NCBI GenBank assembly: GCA_030704615.1
Contig: CM060734.1
Location: forward strand, 35,092,001 to 35,156,000
Reading direction: 5' to 3'
DNA length: 64,000 nt
Origin: Takakia lepidozioides
Taxonomy: Eukaryota > Plantae > Bryophyta
How positions within the stretch are numbered: the first letter of the stretch is position 1; each line of letters starts with the position of its first letter. Below the pieces are notes generated by a model that was not told where the DNA came from, did not search any database, and was given only the letters and a program-made list of their open reading frames with translations. This document shows, piece by piece, positions 38,896 to 51,194 of the stretch. The translations under genes were made by a program, and so were the position numbers.

Positions 38896-41310
38896 CGACA
38901 GATTTCGAACTTGATGCGGACAACCTACTGGAAGAAGTATTGCTTCGCCTATTTTTTGAACGTGCTCACATGGCTTCAAACCTGTATGTATTAGGAAAAT
39001 GTATTGGTGACATCTACAAATGGGTATCATAATAACACACAAACCTTAATATTCATTTGCGAAAATGGTACATGCATAAGGAAGAGGTGTACCTGTTTCT
39101 TCCTGCAAAAGTTTCAACATGGATTTTTTCAAGTAGAAGTGGAAAGATAACAGTGGAGGTTTACTAAATGGCTTTGGATTGTCGCCCTTTCGAATACCCA
39201 ATAATTTTCTCTTGTGTTTATTCAAGAAGTCGTTCAAAGTGTCGACTGTGTTGGCAGGGAATATATGCCACAACGCTCCAGTTTCGGAATGAACAATTGT
39301 TGTTGGAGTATGTACCATGATGTTAATCTGAAAGACAAACTTATATGAGTACAGTGAAGCAAATGAGCTAACTACTATAAGCAACTTTAGGAATATAATC
39401 AAAGAACTAGAACTAGAAAGAATGTAAAGCACCGGGGGTGATGAGCTAGTGATAGTACATACCGCATCGGAAAAGTCCATGTGGAGACAGGTAATTGAAT
39501 CACCATCTCCTTTCTCTTTTTGTTGTCCATGCAATGTAGGCCTTTGGTCCCATGTCGGTTTTTTTAAGGCTACTAGGGAAATATGTAGTTAGGTTTAGAA
39601 TCCCTTCCGGATGGGTATACTTTGAAACTGGTAAAAGATCTACAAATTCTCTATAATGAATGGGAAACACTTCTTCAAAACTGAAGGCCAATCTTTTAGT
39701 TTTAATAATTCCTTCGGAATCTTCGAATCATATCCATCAATAAATGCTCCTAAAGTTAACTCTGGACTTGACTCCCAAGTAGAACATCTAATGATTGTAG
39801 GATTAATAGAGGTAGTATGTACATTAACCCTTTTCATACAAGTCCTCATTCCTCCGGGACTCCAATCTACCTTAGATAAAATAGATACATCATTTATTAC
39901 CACATGTTCTTTCAAATGCCAATGGAGTAAGAAATGCTTCATTTCCAACTCTACACTATTTAACCTAGAAGTTGTGGTAGTATATGGCATTTGTTCACTC
40001 AAACACCCCTCTGCAATTGAACACATAGACAGAGACGTCTCGTGACCATACAAATTCTTGTGGTAATGGTCATTTGAGATATTTTGTAGATACGACACTT
40101 TGTTAGGTTCAAAAAATGTCTTCATTACTGCATGTTCGCTGGTGTTTATACTACAACTATGCTTTAAGACCCCACCATCATCAATTGACCACTCTTCATG
40201 GATCTTATTTTCATCTTTTAACTGTAAATAACATGTCAAACATACTGCTTTATCTGGTTGTTTACGACATTGGATGTGGAAGTCTACTAAAGAGGCTTCG
40301 CACATATCACTGCATAACAAAACAAGGAAAGCAAGTGTTAGATTCAAACAAATCAACAAACGAAAGACATTGACTCAACGTATTACGGTGTAGACATCCC
40401 ATGTGTACATGTAGTCTCCATCCAAAATTGCCATTTCCGGAGTATAGTGGCTATCACCTGCGTCCACAACGATTTAATTCATGATTGTTAAATCATCCCT
40501 ACCATATGATCAATAGGAGAACCAAAATTTTCTTGAAATCCAAAGATCTACATATGAAGCAAATCATGTCATCTATTTTTACGACAACAGAAGACTTACC
40601 AATTCTTGACCGTTCAATAGACAATACTTCTTGTTGCAATGCATGTAGTTCTTGGATTGACTTGTACAATCTCAATAAAATCTCCGACCAATGGAGTCGA
40701 TTCTCTGCTTCTTTCAAACGTTTGGAAATTTCTTCTTGCTGGTTTCTCAAAGCCTTCAAGTTCTCTTCCAATTGTGGAATGAATGGTAAAGAATTTGAAA
40801 GCTCGCTAGCATGAGGTAAAGGCTGCATGATGATACCATGTCATTCAATACACAAAACAATCTCCGAACAGGAAGCTGGATTTGCTTCGGATACCCATAC
40901 TCCAGGCAATGGTATTGTTTTGTTTCTTTTGTTGTAGCCATAACTGCACATCAACGTTCCATACAATCACAGAAACATAAGCAAACATTTCAATAGAATG
41001 ATCGTCAAACAGACTAAACATAATGAAAACAAATAATATATATGTCTATACGCTTGCTTCGGCAATGTGTCCTTTCATCATCATATATGTTTGTGTTCTA
41101 TGAAATCACAACATACCTTGCAAATTCACATTTCTGTTTGCGTCTTGAAGAACTGAGTGTGCCATCAGAGAGTACTAAGGCCCCCGCCTCAGGTTTCATC
41201 AAAAACATACTGTCAGGTAACGGTCTTGCGGTGTGATGTGACATCTGATGGCGATCATAGTCACGTTTCAATTGTGGTTTCTTTAGCGGTTTGCCTTTAT
41301 TGGTTTTCAT
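38896..41310 (-). pseudogene. KDM3/JMJ25-like JmjC histone demethylase pseudogene
   Basis: SDMCEASLVDFH, LKLKDWP, GILNL..DMGPKAYIA, GDSITCLHMDFSDA|INIMVH, GALWHIF and [17 protein letters not shown]. Exons include 39327-39093 and 38981-38896. Frameshifts near 39685 and 39530; terminal SCIKVA-type exon not found; 5' limit approximate. Confidence 0.85.
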
Positions 41311-41631
41311 GGATACAGGTTGGGTGCTACATTTCCAACATCAAAACATGAGAGGACGTGGGTCTTCAATGGGTACATTATGATTACTATAATCCACACT
41401 CTTCTGCAGATCTTCCATATCACTCGCGAATTCTTCTTTAGTATAGTAGAAACACTCATCTGTTCCATTGATTTGAATCGTCCTCCTGTAGACATAAGTT
41501 GCTCCTACTTCGCTGCCCTTGTACATGTGCACCACATTTATATGTACATTAGTTGTTTGAATGTAAATTTTTGCTCAACTCACAATTCAAGACATTTTCA
41601 ATGATCTAAAGTTTAATCCGCAAGTCTTGAC

Positions 41632-41977
41632 CCCGCTGGATAAATCTGTTCTCTCACCCAAGAGACGGTCTCCTCAATTCTATCAAGGGAATTGTGTTTG
41701 TACCTCTCTTTACCAACTTTTAAAGTCTGGAGACTGAGCCAAAAGCCCAGGTCCTTTTGGGGCCTACTTATTGGGCATACCACACGCACATGCTTGTGTG
41801 AAGGATTTCTAGAGGATGTCCAGAAAAGTCGGAGCAATAGCTTATTTCAAGGTAGTCTTACTATCGGCGTCAGCCCCTAACGAAGGTCGGTTCTGTCTCT
41901 TTGTGTTATGTTCAAACGTGTTGGGTCAATGGCCACAAGGCTACGACAAACAATATATTATGAGTACATTCTCTCTC
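41632..41977 (+). mobile_element. Degenerate 3' fragment of the (TC)n-associated LINE
   Basis: Aligns with the reverse complement of about 10610-10960 and ends TATGAGTACATTCTCTCTC. Confidence 0.85.
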
Positions 41978-43039
41978 ACTCATTTTGTTGAGGGCAGATT
42001 GATATGAGGCAGACCCCAAGGGCAGTTTCCGGATGCTCTTGGAGGACCCTGGTGGGCAATCCCTGCAACCACCATTGCTGATTACTGTCCCAACGGGTTG
42101 TATTCTTTGGGGCATGTTGTAGGACCAACATATGAAACCAAACAAAAAAATCCTAACCTGTTGTTGTTGATATTGTTGTCGTCGGCCATCACTCTTGTCG
42201 CCTCCTCACTCAGGGACACCTCAGTGCAGGGATGTTGTTGTAGCTTTCAAACCTTCACGACAATGCCAGTTCAACTTTTGCATGAGGATGCTAAACCCCA
42301 AAACAACTATTCACCAATTTCTTAGCCAACTAGACTGAAATTTGTCGGGAGAGCCTACCTTTGAACAATAAACAGATGCAGAGAGCAAATGGAGATACAA
42401 CTAGCAAGGTAACTGCCGGAGTGAACCCCTCATAGAGTGATTTGTCTCTTACGGCCTATGAGACCAAAAGAAGGTTCCAGAGAGGGAAAAGAAGCAAAGA
42501 TAAATTACTCTATGTAGTTGAAACCAGAGTATAATAAGAACAAAAGAAAACACTCAAGTGAAGAGAGAGAGATACTGTACCACTATAGTATAATTTCAAG
42601 AAGGGTAGGCACTCACCAACCTGCCAGCCAAAGACTATACTCTGCGAATTAATGTGACTAACCAATACACTCTGAAATTTAACATACAACCAACATACAG
42701 TAAAAAAAACTTGGAGCTAAATTCGAGTTTGGAGTCTTGACAACGTCGATGAAGCAGGTTTTCCTGACAATGACGATGAAGCAGGTGGACCCTGACGACG
42801 TCGTTGAAGATATTGTCTACTTATGGCAAGCCTAAAATGACACAACTAAAATGACACATAATGTTGAGTTGAACACTTACAAGGAAACAAAGGCGAACGA
42901 ACAAGTGATGCGCAGTGTCAATGCAGTGTCGAAGCAAAGTAATGTCAGTATCCCAGGTAAGCTTTGCCTTCAGCACGTCGATGAAGCACCCAAGGCACCA
43001 AAGTGGCAAGCCAACAACATTTCGATGCTACAGGGAAGA

Positions 43040-43972
43040 GTGGCTATTCCGAGGGGAGAATGGCTATTCAGAGGGGGAAATGGCTATTCCCGTCCTTACT
43101 CTACAAGGGAAATGGAGGGGGAAATGGCTATTCTCAGGGGGAATTGGCTAAATGGAGGGAGATTTGCTATTCCCCCAATTTCTCACGTAAGGGCAGAGAG
43201 ACAAATGTGAATATGTGTACCTCATGCGGTTCGCGCGGCGCGAAGAGTCCTTGGGGGACTGTTTATGTGCCATACCTAACGGTTCAAAGAGTCCCCCAAG
43301 GACTCTTTCTGCCCGACTCCTCGTTAGCTAACAGTTCAAAGAGTCCTTGGGGGACTCTTTTTCCTCGTTAACTAATGGTTCGAAGAGTCATTGGGGGACT
43401 CTTTTCCCCCGTTAACTAATGGTTCGAAGAGTCCTTGGGGGACTCTTTTTCCCCGTTACCTAACGGTTCCAAAAGTCCTTGGGGGACTCTTTCTCACCGT
43501 TACCTAACGGTATTACCTAGTGGCTATTCCGAGGGGAGAATGGCTATTCCGAGGGGAGAATGGCTATTCCCGTCCTTACTCTACAAGGGAAATGGAGGGG
43601 GAAATGGCTATTCCCAGGGGGAATTGGCTAAATGGAGGGAGATTTGCTATTCCCCCAATTTCTCACGTAAGGGCAGAGAGACAAATGTGAATATGTGTAC
43701 CTCATGCGGTTCGCGCGGCGCGAAGAGTCCTTGGGGGATTGTTTATGTGCCATACCTAACGGTTCAAAGAGTCCCCTAAGGACTCTTTCTGCCCGACTCC
43801 TCGTTAGCTAACGGTTCAAAGAGTCCTTGGGGGACTCTTTTTCCCTGTTAACTAATGGTTCAAAGAGTCCTTAGGGGACTCTTTCTCCCCGTTACCTAAT
43901 GGTTCGAAGAGTCTTTGGGGGACTCTTTCTCCCTGATACCTAACATTTTGAAGAGTCCCCCAAGGACCCTTT
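43040..43972. repeat. 480-bp tandem duplication containing about 12 AAGAGTCC-ttggg-GGACTCTT palindromes (period about 44 bp)
   Basis: 43040-43519 is nearly identical to 43520-~43970. Confidence 0.9.
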
Positions 43973-44675
43973 CTTCGCTTGGAAAGGCTCTAAGTCGAGG
44001 AGGGGCTCACAGGCCAACTTTTTCGAGGATCTACTCGAGGATCTACTACTACAAGATAGGTTCCTAAACATCCCACACATGAAGAAAAGGATTTTTTCCC
44101 TCTTGGTTCATCTTCCAGAGTCTGAATTTAGGCTGGGGTCAGACAGCACAATCAAAATTTGTTCAAAATGATTCTTGCTTGGGATATTTCTCGTAGTTGC
44201 CATACCTCGTGAATGTACTGATTCCTTTCATTGCTGTAGCCTTTATTCTTGTGGCCATCGGCTAGGTGACACCACTGACTACCTGGTGGGCGAGAGAGAG
44301 AGAGGGTGAATCCAGAGAGCTGCAAAGGGGAAACGGCAGGGGTGAGAAGACCTTAACAAGATACTGAGCAGCCATAGTGCGATTATTGAGGGCACACCAT
44401 TGAAGCGTGAGGTATCTGCCGAACGTCTAGAGCTGGCATGAAGCACCCTCCTTGCTCGACGATCCCTGCAATTTGTCAACATCGTCATATGCAGCTGCCG
44501 TATACACATCATCTGGATCATGTTCTCGTTTCTCCTCACTTTCCTCCCGTTTTTCTTCCTCTTTAAGTGTTATACAGTGACTTCACGGCCATAATGTTGA
44601 GAGAGAGCACCACATACTAGCACATCCAGTACTATTTGACAAGAAACAAGAGAGGTCTCTAGGTTCAACCTCAAT

Positions 44676-45430
44676 ATGTCTCAAGATCCTACAGCATCGT
44701 CTTCAGGTTCTACTGCAGCTTCTGGGTGTGAACTAGTTGGGGAGGTCCTGGGCAGAGAGATCATACCTTTTCAGCTTCCTTTGTCATCTGCCAGTTTAGA
44801 AGTCCCCCACTCTTCTGGCCATGTTGCATTACGTCCCCGGTTGGATGTTGCACTTCACGCTCGGGTGAAAGCTTTGGACCCTAGACAACCACACCCTGCA
44901 TGATATTTTAGAGAGATTGTGGGGTTGTCACACCATGGCATTGATCCCAAGAAGGATTTCAGGAAGAATGAAACAAAGAAGTTGGTAGAGGTAGATTTGC
45001 TTAAGATGTTTGGGCCCAAAACCGATCGCAATGGATACAAGGTTCTGGACATCACTGACCAAGCTCTCATCCCTGAAATCGAGTCATTGTACTATAGGGT
45101 GTATTCAAGAGCTTTGCAACAGACTACCGTTCTTGGCACAGAATTCTGCAGGGGGTTTGTTGCGGAAAAAATGGGGAATGACGTGAACTGGGCCGATTTT
45201 GCTGCTGAAGCCAACTCCTTGCAAGTTGGTCGGAGTAAGAGAGAGTATCTTGCTCCAGAAAGGCACAAAATCGAGCTTCAACAAACGATTCTGCAAGTGG
45301 CTGACAAAGCCATCGTCTGAGAGGAAAAGTTGCACGCTCATATGCAACTATTGCATGAGGAGCACGAGGATACACTCTCAAAGAAAAACAGAGAAATTGA
45401 AGAGTTGAATGAGCACATTGTATATGACTA
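44676..45430 (+). pseudogene. TE-associated ORF with in-frame stops
   Basis: ORFs 44676-44903 and 44919-45320 share one frame, separated by a TGA. The frame continues into a coiled-coil-like tail (EEKLHAHMQLLHEEHEDTLSKKNREIEELNE). Contains VNWADFAA. Confidence 0.55.
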
Positions 45431-47658
45431 CATATATTGTGCCCAATGCACGTTATTATGCAATGTGTAGAAGGGGCCCATTGGGGTAGGGAGCAGGAAG
45501 TATCAGTTTGGTAAGGAAGACAAAGGACCTTCCGGTAGCATGGTTTTAACTCCTCTAGTGTTGCAAGTTACTGGGTTGTCTCTTACCATGCATTCCACCC
45601 TGAAATTTTCATGTCTGTGTTCTAATAAGTGTTACAGAGTGGTTTTCACATGCTCTCATATGATGAACCACTTGTTATATATGAGGTTGGCAGGTTTTGG
45701 AAAATGAAGAACCTCCGTGTGGGAATGAATGGTGCATTGGTGCGTCTAGGAGGGTCAACTGGGTTGGGTGTGTTGGGTCGTGAAGGGTAATATTCCCACC
45801 TGCAAGTATATTAGGACAACCTCATGCCCAAGGCTTGGTGCCAAGTGATCCCTTTCAATGCTGTATGTGATGTTGGGGATGTCTGAACCTCAAGGAGAGA
45901 GCCCTAGATAGATGCAACAACTGGTGGGTGTGAGTGCATGAGCTGCAGCCAAAAATGTTCTTCCATAAATCCAGTATTCTGAGAACTGCCTGCAACGCAA
46001 TTTCAAAAATATAACTTGGTGTAGACCAACACCTTTGCCTCTCTTTGCTTGTGCCAGCTCTTCTTACTACCCCCAACTCTGTTGTTTTTTAGTACTTGAA
46101 CCACATATGTGAAAACTGATTATGACAATTGTGTTGAGAATTTCAGTGAGGGAAATGCCTCATGAGAGGCCACCCTTATTAAAAATAACATTGTCAATGG
46201 CAGTGGCAGATATGAAATTTGAAGTCCTTAGTCATGTCGATCCATGGATGGAAGGAAAATGAAGAGTGAATCTCCAAATCTAATGTGCTGCCCCCTTTGC
46301 AGGTCAAATTGCAGCAACGTAAATTAATGGAAGAGATCTTGTGCTGCCACCAAAAAAAGTTCAGTGCCATCATGAGAATTACGAAGAAAAATCCTGTCGG
46401 GCAGATATTTTCAGTCACAGGTCTGATATTGAAAATGAGCTCTTGTATTACTTATCGTGCCATTTTCAGGTTTAAGGGCCAACAAGGCAATAAATGGATA
46501 TCGATGGGAGGCTAAGAAATTTGAATTCTTGACATAGCCCATAGCCCTCCAATATGCAATAGCCCTCCAATAGCCATTTCCCCTCCATTACCCTTGTAGA
46601 GTAAGGGAGAGAATAGCCATTTCCCCCTGGGAATAACCAGTTCCCCCTGGAAATCGCCATTCTCAGTGGGAATAGCCACTTATCCTAGAATTATTTGTAC
46701 GTGTAGACATAATGACCACTTCGTGCAGATCCATAATCTTCAAAATAGAGTTTTAGATTCACATAGCTATTAGCTTGAATGTGCAATGGATCACCTACAT
46801 GATAAGCTCCAACGATGACATGACCATGAATGTCTCTTAGTACACTATGATATTGTAGAACATTCTTACTACACTAGGATGTTGTGAGCACAAAATATGT
46901 GGTCTGCTCATGCATGGACGCTTTGCTGGTATAGCGTTGCCATGCGGGGAGTGATCCCCTACAGCTGGGGTTGAGCGGTACTAAAGACGCTGTCCAGCTC
47001 CTTGAAATTTTAAGCTACCCCAACTGTTAAAATGTCTGAAAACATACCGGAAATAGTTATACTGGAAAATTCAAAGCCTAATGGTCAATATCACGCACCA
47101 GTTCATGGCTAAAAGGTGGTGACTCCCACTTTGACGGCTAAAAGCCAGTGACTCAAACGTTCAGGCATTGCAGGTGGGTTCTTCGTTGTTTTGGGTTGTA
47201 TGCTGTAGATCCCTTACACATCTCCAGCTCTCTATTTAATGTCGTATCAGCCGGGCAGATGAGCATACCCTTTTAACCTGAAAATCATGAAACAAATTGC
47301 CATATCAAGTGTGAGCAAAATACCTTATAAGGGACTATGCCAACCATCCATCTACGACAATGATTCCTACATAAGTGTTATGATAGGGAATCTACAATCA
47401 TAAATTAGATTGCTATAAGTGTGAGCAAAATAAAAGGGACTATGCCAAGAGTCTATTTACAAAAGTGTACCCTACATAAGTGTGCGGTGCAACGGTGCTA
47501 TAATTACCAACTATGTAGTCCTTGGAGGACTGCCACTTATAGTAACTACCGAGTTCTCCAAGGACTGCCACTTGTAACTACCCAGTCCACAGGTCCTTGG
47601 AGGACTGCCACTTGTAACTACCTAGTCCTTAGAGGACTGCCACCTATAACCAATTATC

Positions 47659-50600
47659 CTGATGGTAATGATAGTTTGGATATCGATGCATCATGCACAA
47701 TGGAGATTTTTCAACCTCCGAGAAGTAATGAGAGTCTGTGATGAACTTGTGGAGACGATGTCTTTCATAGAACGTCATTGATTTCACAAGCTCCTCAAAC
47801 CAAGATTGTAACTGTACTAGAAAATCGGGGCTATATGTGCAAGACGATAGAAATTCATCCGCTGTAAAAGCCAGTTTTGCATTGAATACGGTGAGTAATG
47901 AGGTCACTGTCAAATGTGTCTTCACTTCAAACTGCTTCAGATCGTTGAGTAGATCCTGTGAGATTCGACCGGTATCATCCTTTTCTAAACTGTTGATGGC
48001 AAAGTAGAAACCTTCTCTTAGAACTGCTCCAGTTGCAGAGCATTTTGTAAATAACAAATATTTCATGATGGATCTGTAAGTTGAATCAATTGAGCAAGGA
48101 GATCCCTCCACTTGAGATTTGTCCTTCACTTCCATCTTCAAGATGAACACTATAATGTCCTCGAAACGATCATCCGTAATAAGTTCTTGTCTATACTCTT
48201 CTTTGGAGGTCTCATCTTCCATATTCTTGAGAACCTGGAAAACATGAACATGGTTGGGAAAACGCTCTTTCATGTCTCTTTCATACAATAACTGCGTAAG
48301 CCACCATCATGAACATCAAAAAGCCCATAAATAGGATGTCTGCTCTTACTCGTTTGCTCAAGACCTCATTGTCTTTCAAATGATGGATAGCACAACGTAT
48401 TCGGGGACTACCAAAGACTGAGTGAACACACTGCACATGACAAATGATATGATTATAAATTGGATCTATACCATTAAGCAACTACAACAACAATATAATA
48501 TAATATACACACACCCTATATAATAGATTGAAAAATAGATTTTTAAAATGCTTACCCCTGAGTTATTGAAAAATTGTTTCCATGCGGACGTTAAAAAATT
48601 TCGAGTTGGACCGCCGATGTCAGCAGTGCCTTCCTCCAGAATACTGACTCCATTATGAAAGTGGGATATTGCTATGTACTTCACAAATAGCATTGGAATG
48701 CACAGTCCATCTCGGTTTTGTCCATCAAAGAAAGTCCGTAATGTCTCCAACTCCATCCCTGCCTTCACCTATTCAGCCAACTTAGACAACTGGGTAAGAA
48801 TTACTCGAGCAGTTTATCATGATTTAAATGCATGAAGCACCATCTATGGATTAAAGGCAGATGAAATGAAACCACCTGTAATTCAGTTTTGTCCAACTGA
48901 AGTGCCGCAAGAGTGTAGGTAGTCATCCTATGTTTCAAGTGATGTTGTATGTGGGCTTCATATGCATCACCGCACTCTTTCAGTGCAATCCTTAGCTGCA
49001 TGGCCCTCATGTCGATTTTTTGGTTGTCCTCCTCGTATCCATCCATTGCTTTGGTATAATTAGCTTGTCTGGAAACCATAGCCTCCAGTCCCAATAAACT
49101 TACACCCTTCGCTTTTGGCATCTCCTTGACTATTTGCACAATTCAGCCGCTGACATGCTACCAATTATAAATTCGCCATCGATTAAACTTGACAGTGATT
49201 CCCATTCTTCCCAATCAGGTCTTGCATGCTCTTCAAAGATGCTCTGTATCTCATATTTTGAGAACGCAGACAATGACGGGTTGTTCTCCAGCAAAATCTC
49301 CAAATGAGTATCCACGAGTTCATCACTTAGGCCAAGGTGATCGTTCCATCTTCCAAACAACATAGCCAATGTTGAGCTTGCTGCAAGATCACTCTTGTCT
49401 ATTTCACGTTGTGAGCTCTCCATGCATCTGTAAAGGTTGTCCCATTTGATGAGCTTGTCAACATGTACATGGGGGTCACAAGTAGAATTAAAACCTTGTA
49501 ACATTCCTTCACCCCTATTGGCCGCTTGGTTTAGGACGTGTAGCTCCCTATCGGCTGCCTTCCACGTAGATTCCAATAATATCGTTCGTGAGGCAAAATC
49601 CTGTTCAAATTTATATCTGTTGGTTTTGGCCACAAGAGCTATTGTCATAGGTGTGTTTCCTGGAGAAAACACATTCAACACGCTAGATGATTCCAGATCA
49701 ATAAAATTAGTATGTGTTGACATACTAATGGGAGGTTCAACATGATCGGAACAATCCACTTCAACGCTTTCAGAAGATGCCATCGGTCGTTTGCGACGTG
49801 AACCATTTGAACTGGAGCAAACCTCGGGAATAGTCACACTTCTTAGTCTTGGAAAGTGTGCCTATATGGCAGTCCGGTGGTTATGCACAACGTTGGTTCC
49901 TGGAACAGACAATGCCACAACCTTGTCATTATTTAAGGACATGTGACAAGAAGTAACTGTTGGTTGAGGGAATGGAAAAGCATTGGAGGAGGATGGTGAT
50001 CTTTCTGGTTCCATAGCCTCGTCCTCAACATCATCATCTTCGACTTGATCATTCTTGTTGACTGTATATTCCACAACAAATTCCCTTCGTTGAAGTAGGC
50101 TTGCCGATTTCACATACTCGTCCACTTGATTTTGGACTAGAAGATAATAAGGATCAGGTATGTAAATAATCTGAACAAGCCCCACACCCAAAAATTTAGC
50201 ATCACATAAATTAAAACATTCTAATCAATACAAATATAAAAAAGAAATGTGCACGTACTCTGCAGCTAAGTAAACTGGTTGTATTGAATACATGCAAAAA
50301 GGATAAGCAAATCAAAGACCATTTATTGTATTTGAAACTTACCTTTGGTCTCCCCCCTTTTTTTGTAGGAAGGCGTGACCAGATTTCATCTTTGCAAAGG
50401 TAAAAAATAGACTCCGGTAACACCAATCCAAGTCCTTTTCGTGCAACATCCTTCTCATTGGCAATGTAATAAAAGAACCCTGCAATGTTTGCAAACTCTG
50501 GTTTTTGATAAAAATCTGCAGCAGCCTGAGCAATATACTTCTGACCAGTCCCCTCGGCAAAGCTCACATTCGGATTTCCATACAACCCGCCCCACTTTGT

Positions 50601-51194
50601 TTCTAGCGGCAGACTAACAGCGAGACATTCTCGCACAGTAGATTTAATTATTCTTGTGACTGCCCCTACCAATGTTGGATGTTCAATCGTGTCAATCTCC
50701 AATGGAAGGGCTATGTGACGTTCTATAGATTGGGGCCTACGATCACTGTTGCTTATGCCAGTATTGTGGCCAACACTTGGAAATTGAAATCGGGGTGTGA
50801 GAGACCTAGATGTTCGGAGGGTGCTCCCTGTCGGTGTTCGTGGTTGGGGAAGTAAGCCATAATGTCTTCCACCTACATGTTCAAAGGGAAAATTAAAAGC
50901 ATAGCTATTGGTAACCTCGCTTGTAAGGCTTTGTGGATACGTGACAATGTTCATAGCAGGATCTTCTGGTCGTATTACAGTTGTAGCACTCGGTGAAGCT
51001 GTCATATTTAAGCAAGTTCTACTTTCAACAGCAGCACCTGAAGTCCCTCGTGAGTGTGAACGAGTTACACCTGCAACGCCAGTAGAAGTCCCTAGGGAGC
51101 CAACGTTGGGAGCCATCTCTCGACCATCAACTTGAATTGATTCACGACGTGATGTTTGTCCACGTGACGATTGTCTATACAAATTAGACTGCAT
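47659..51194 (-). pseudogene. Divergent HECT-domain E3 ligase-like gene, disrupted
   Basis: EEGTADIGGPTRNFLTSAWKQFF (HECT start), AVLREGFYFAI, SWFEELVKSMTFYERHRLHKFITDS, then frameshifted LGG*KISIV..SLPS. Upstream co-oriented ORFs at 51194-48801 have no recognised domain. Catalytic Cys segment not found. Confidence 0.65.

Larger units (their letters stand above)
43031..46686. mobile_element. TIR DNA element, about 3.65 kb, with repetitive ends
   Basis: Inverted ends of about 110-120 bp built from AATGGCTATTC repeats around CCTTACTCTACAAGGG (43031-43135 versus 46568-46686). No TSD found. Confidence 0.7.

Noticed and set aside
43240-43972. CRISPR-like array of palindromic repeats
   Set aside because: The spacers are themselves near-identical, there are no cas genes, and the context is a eukaryotic TE.
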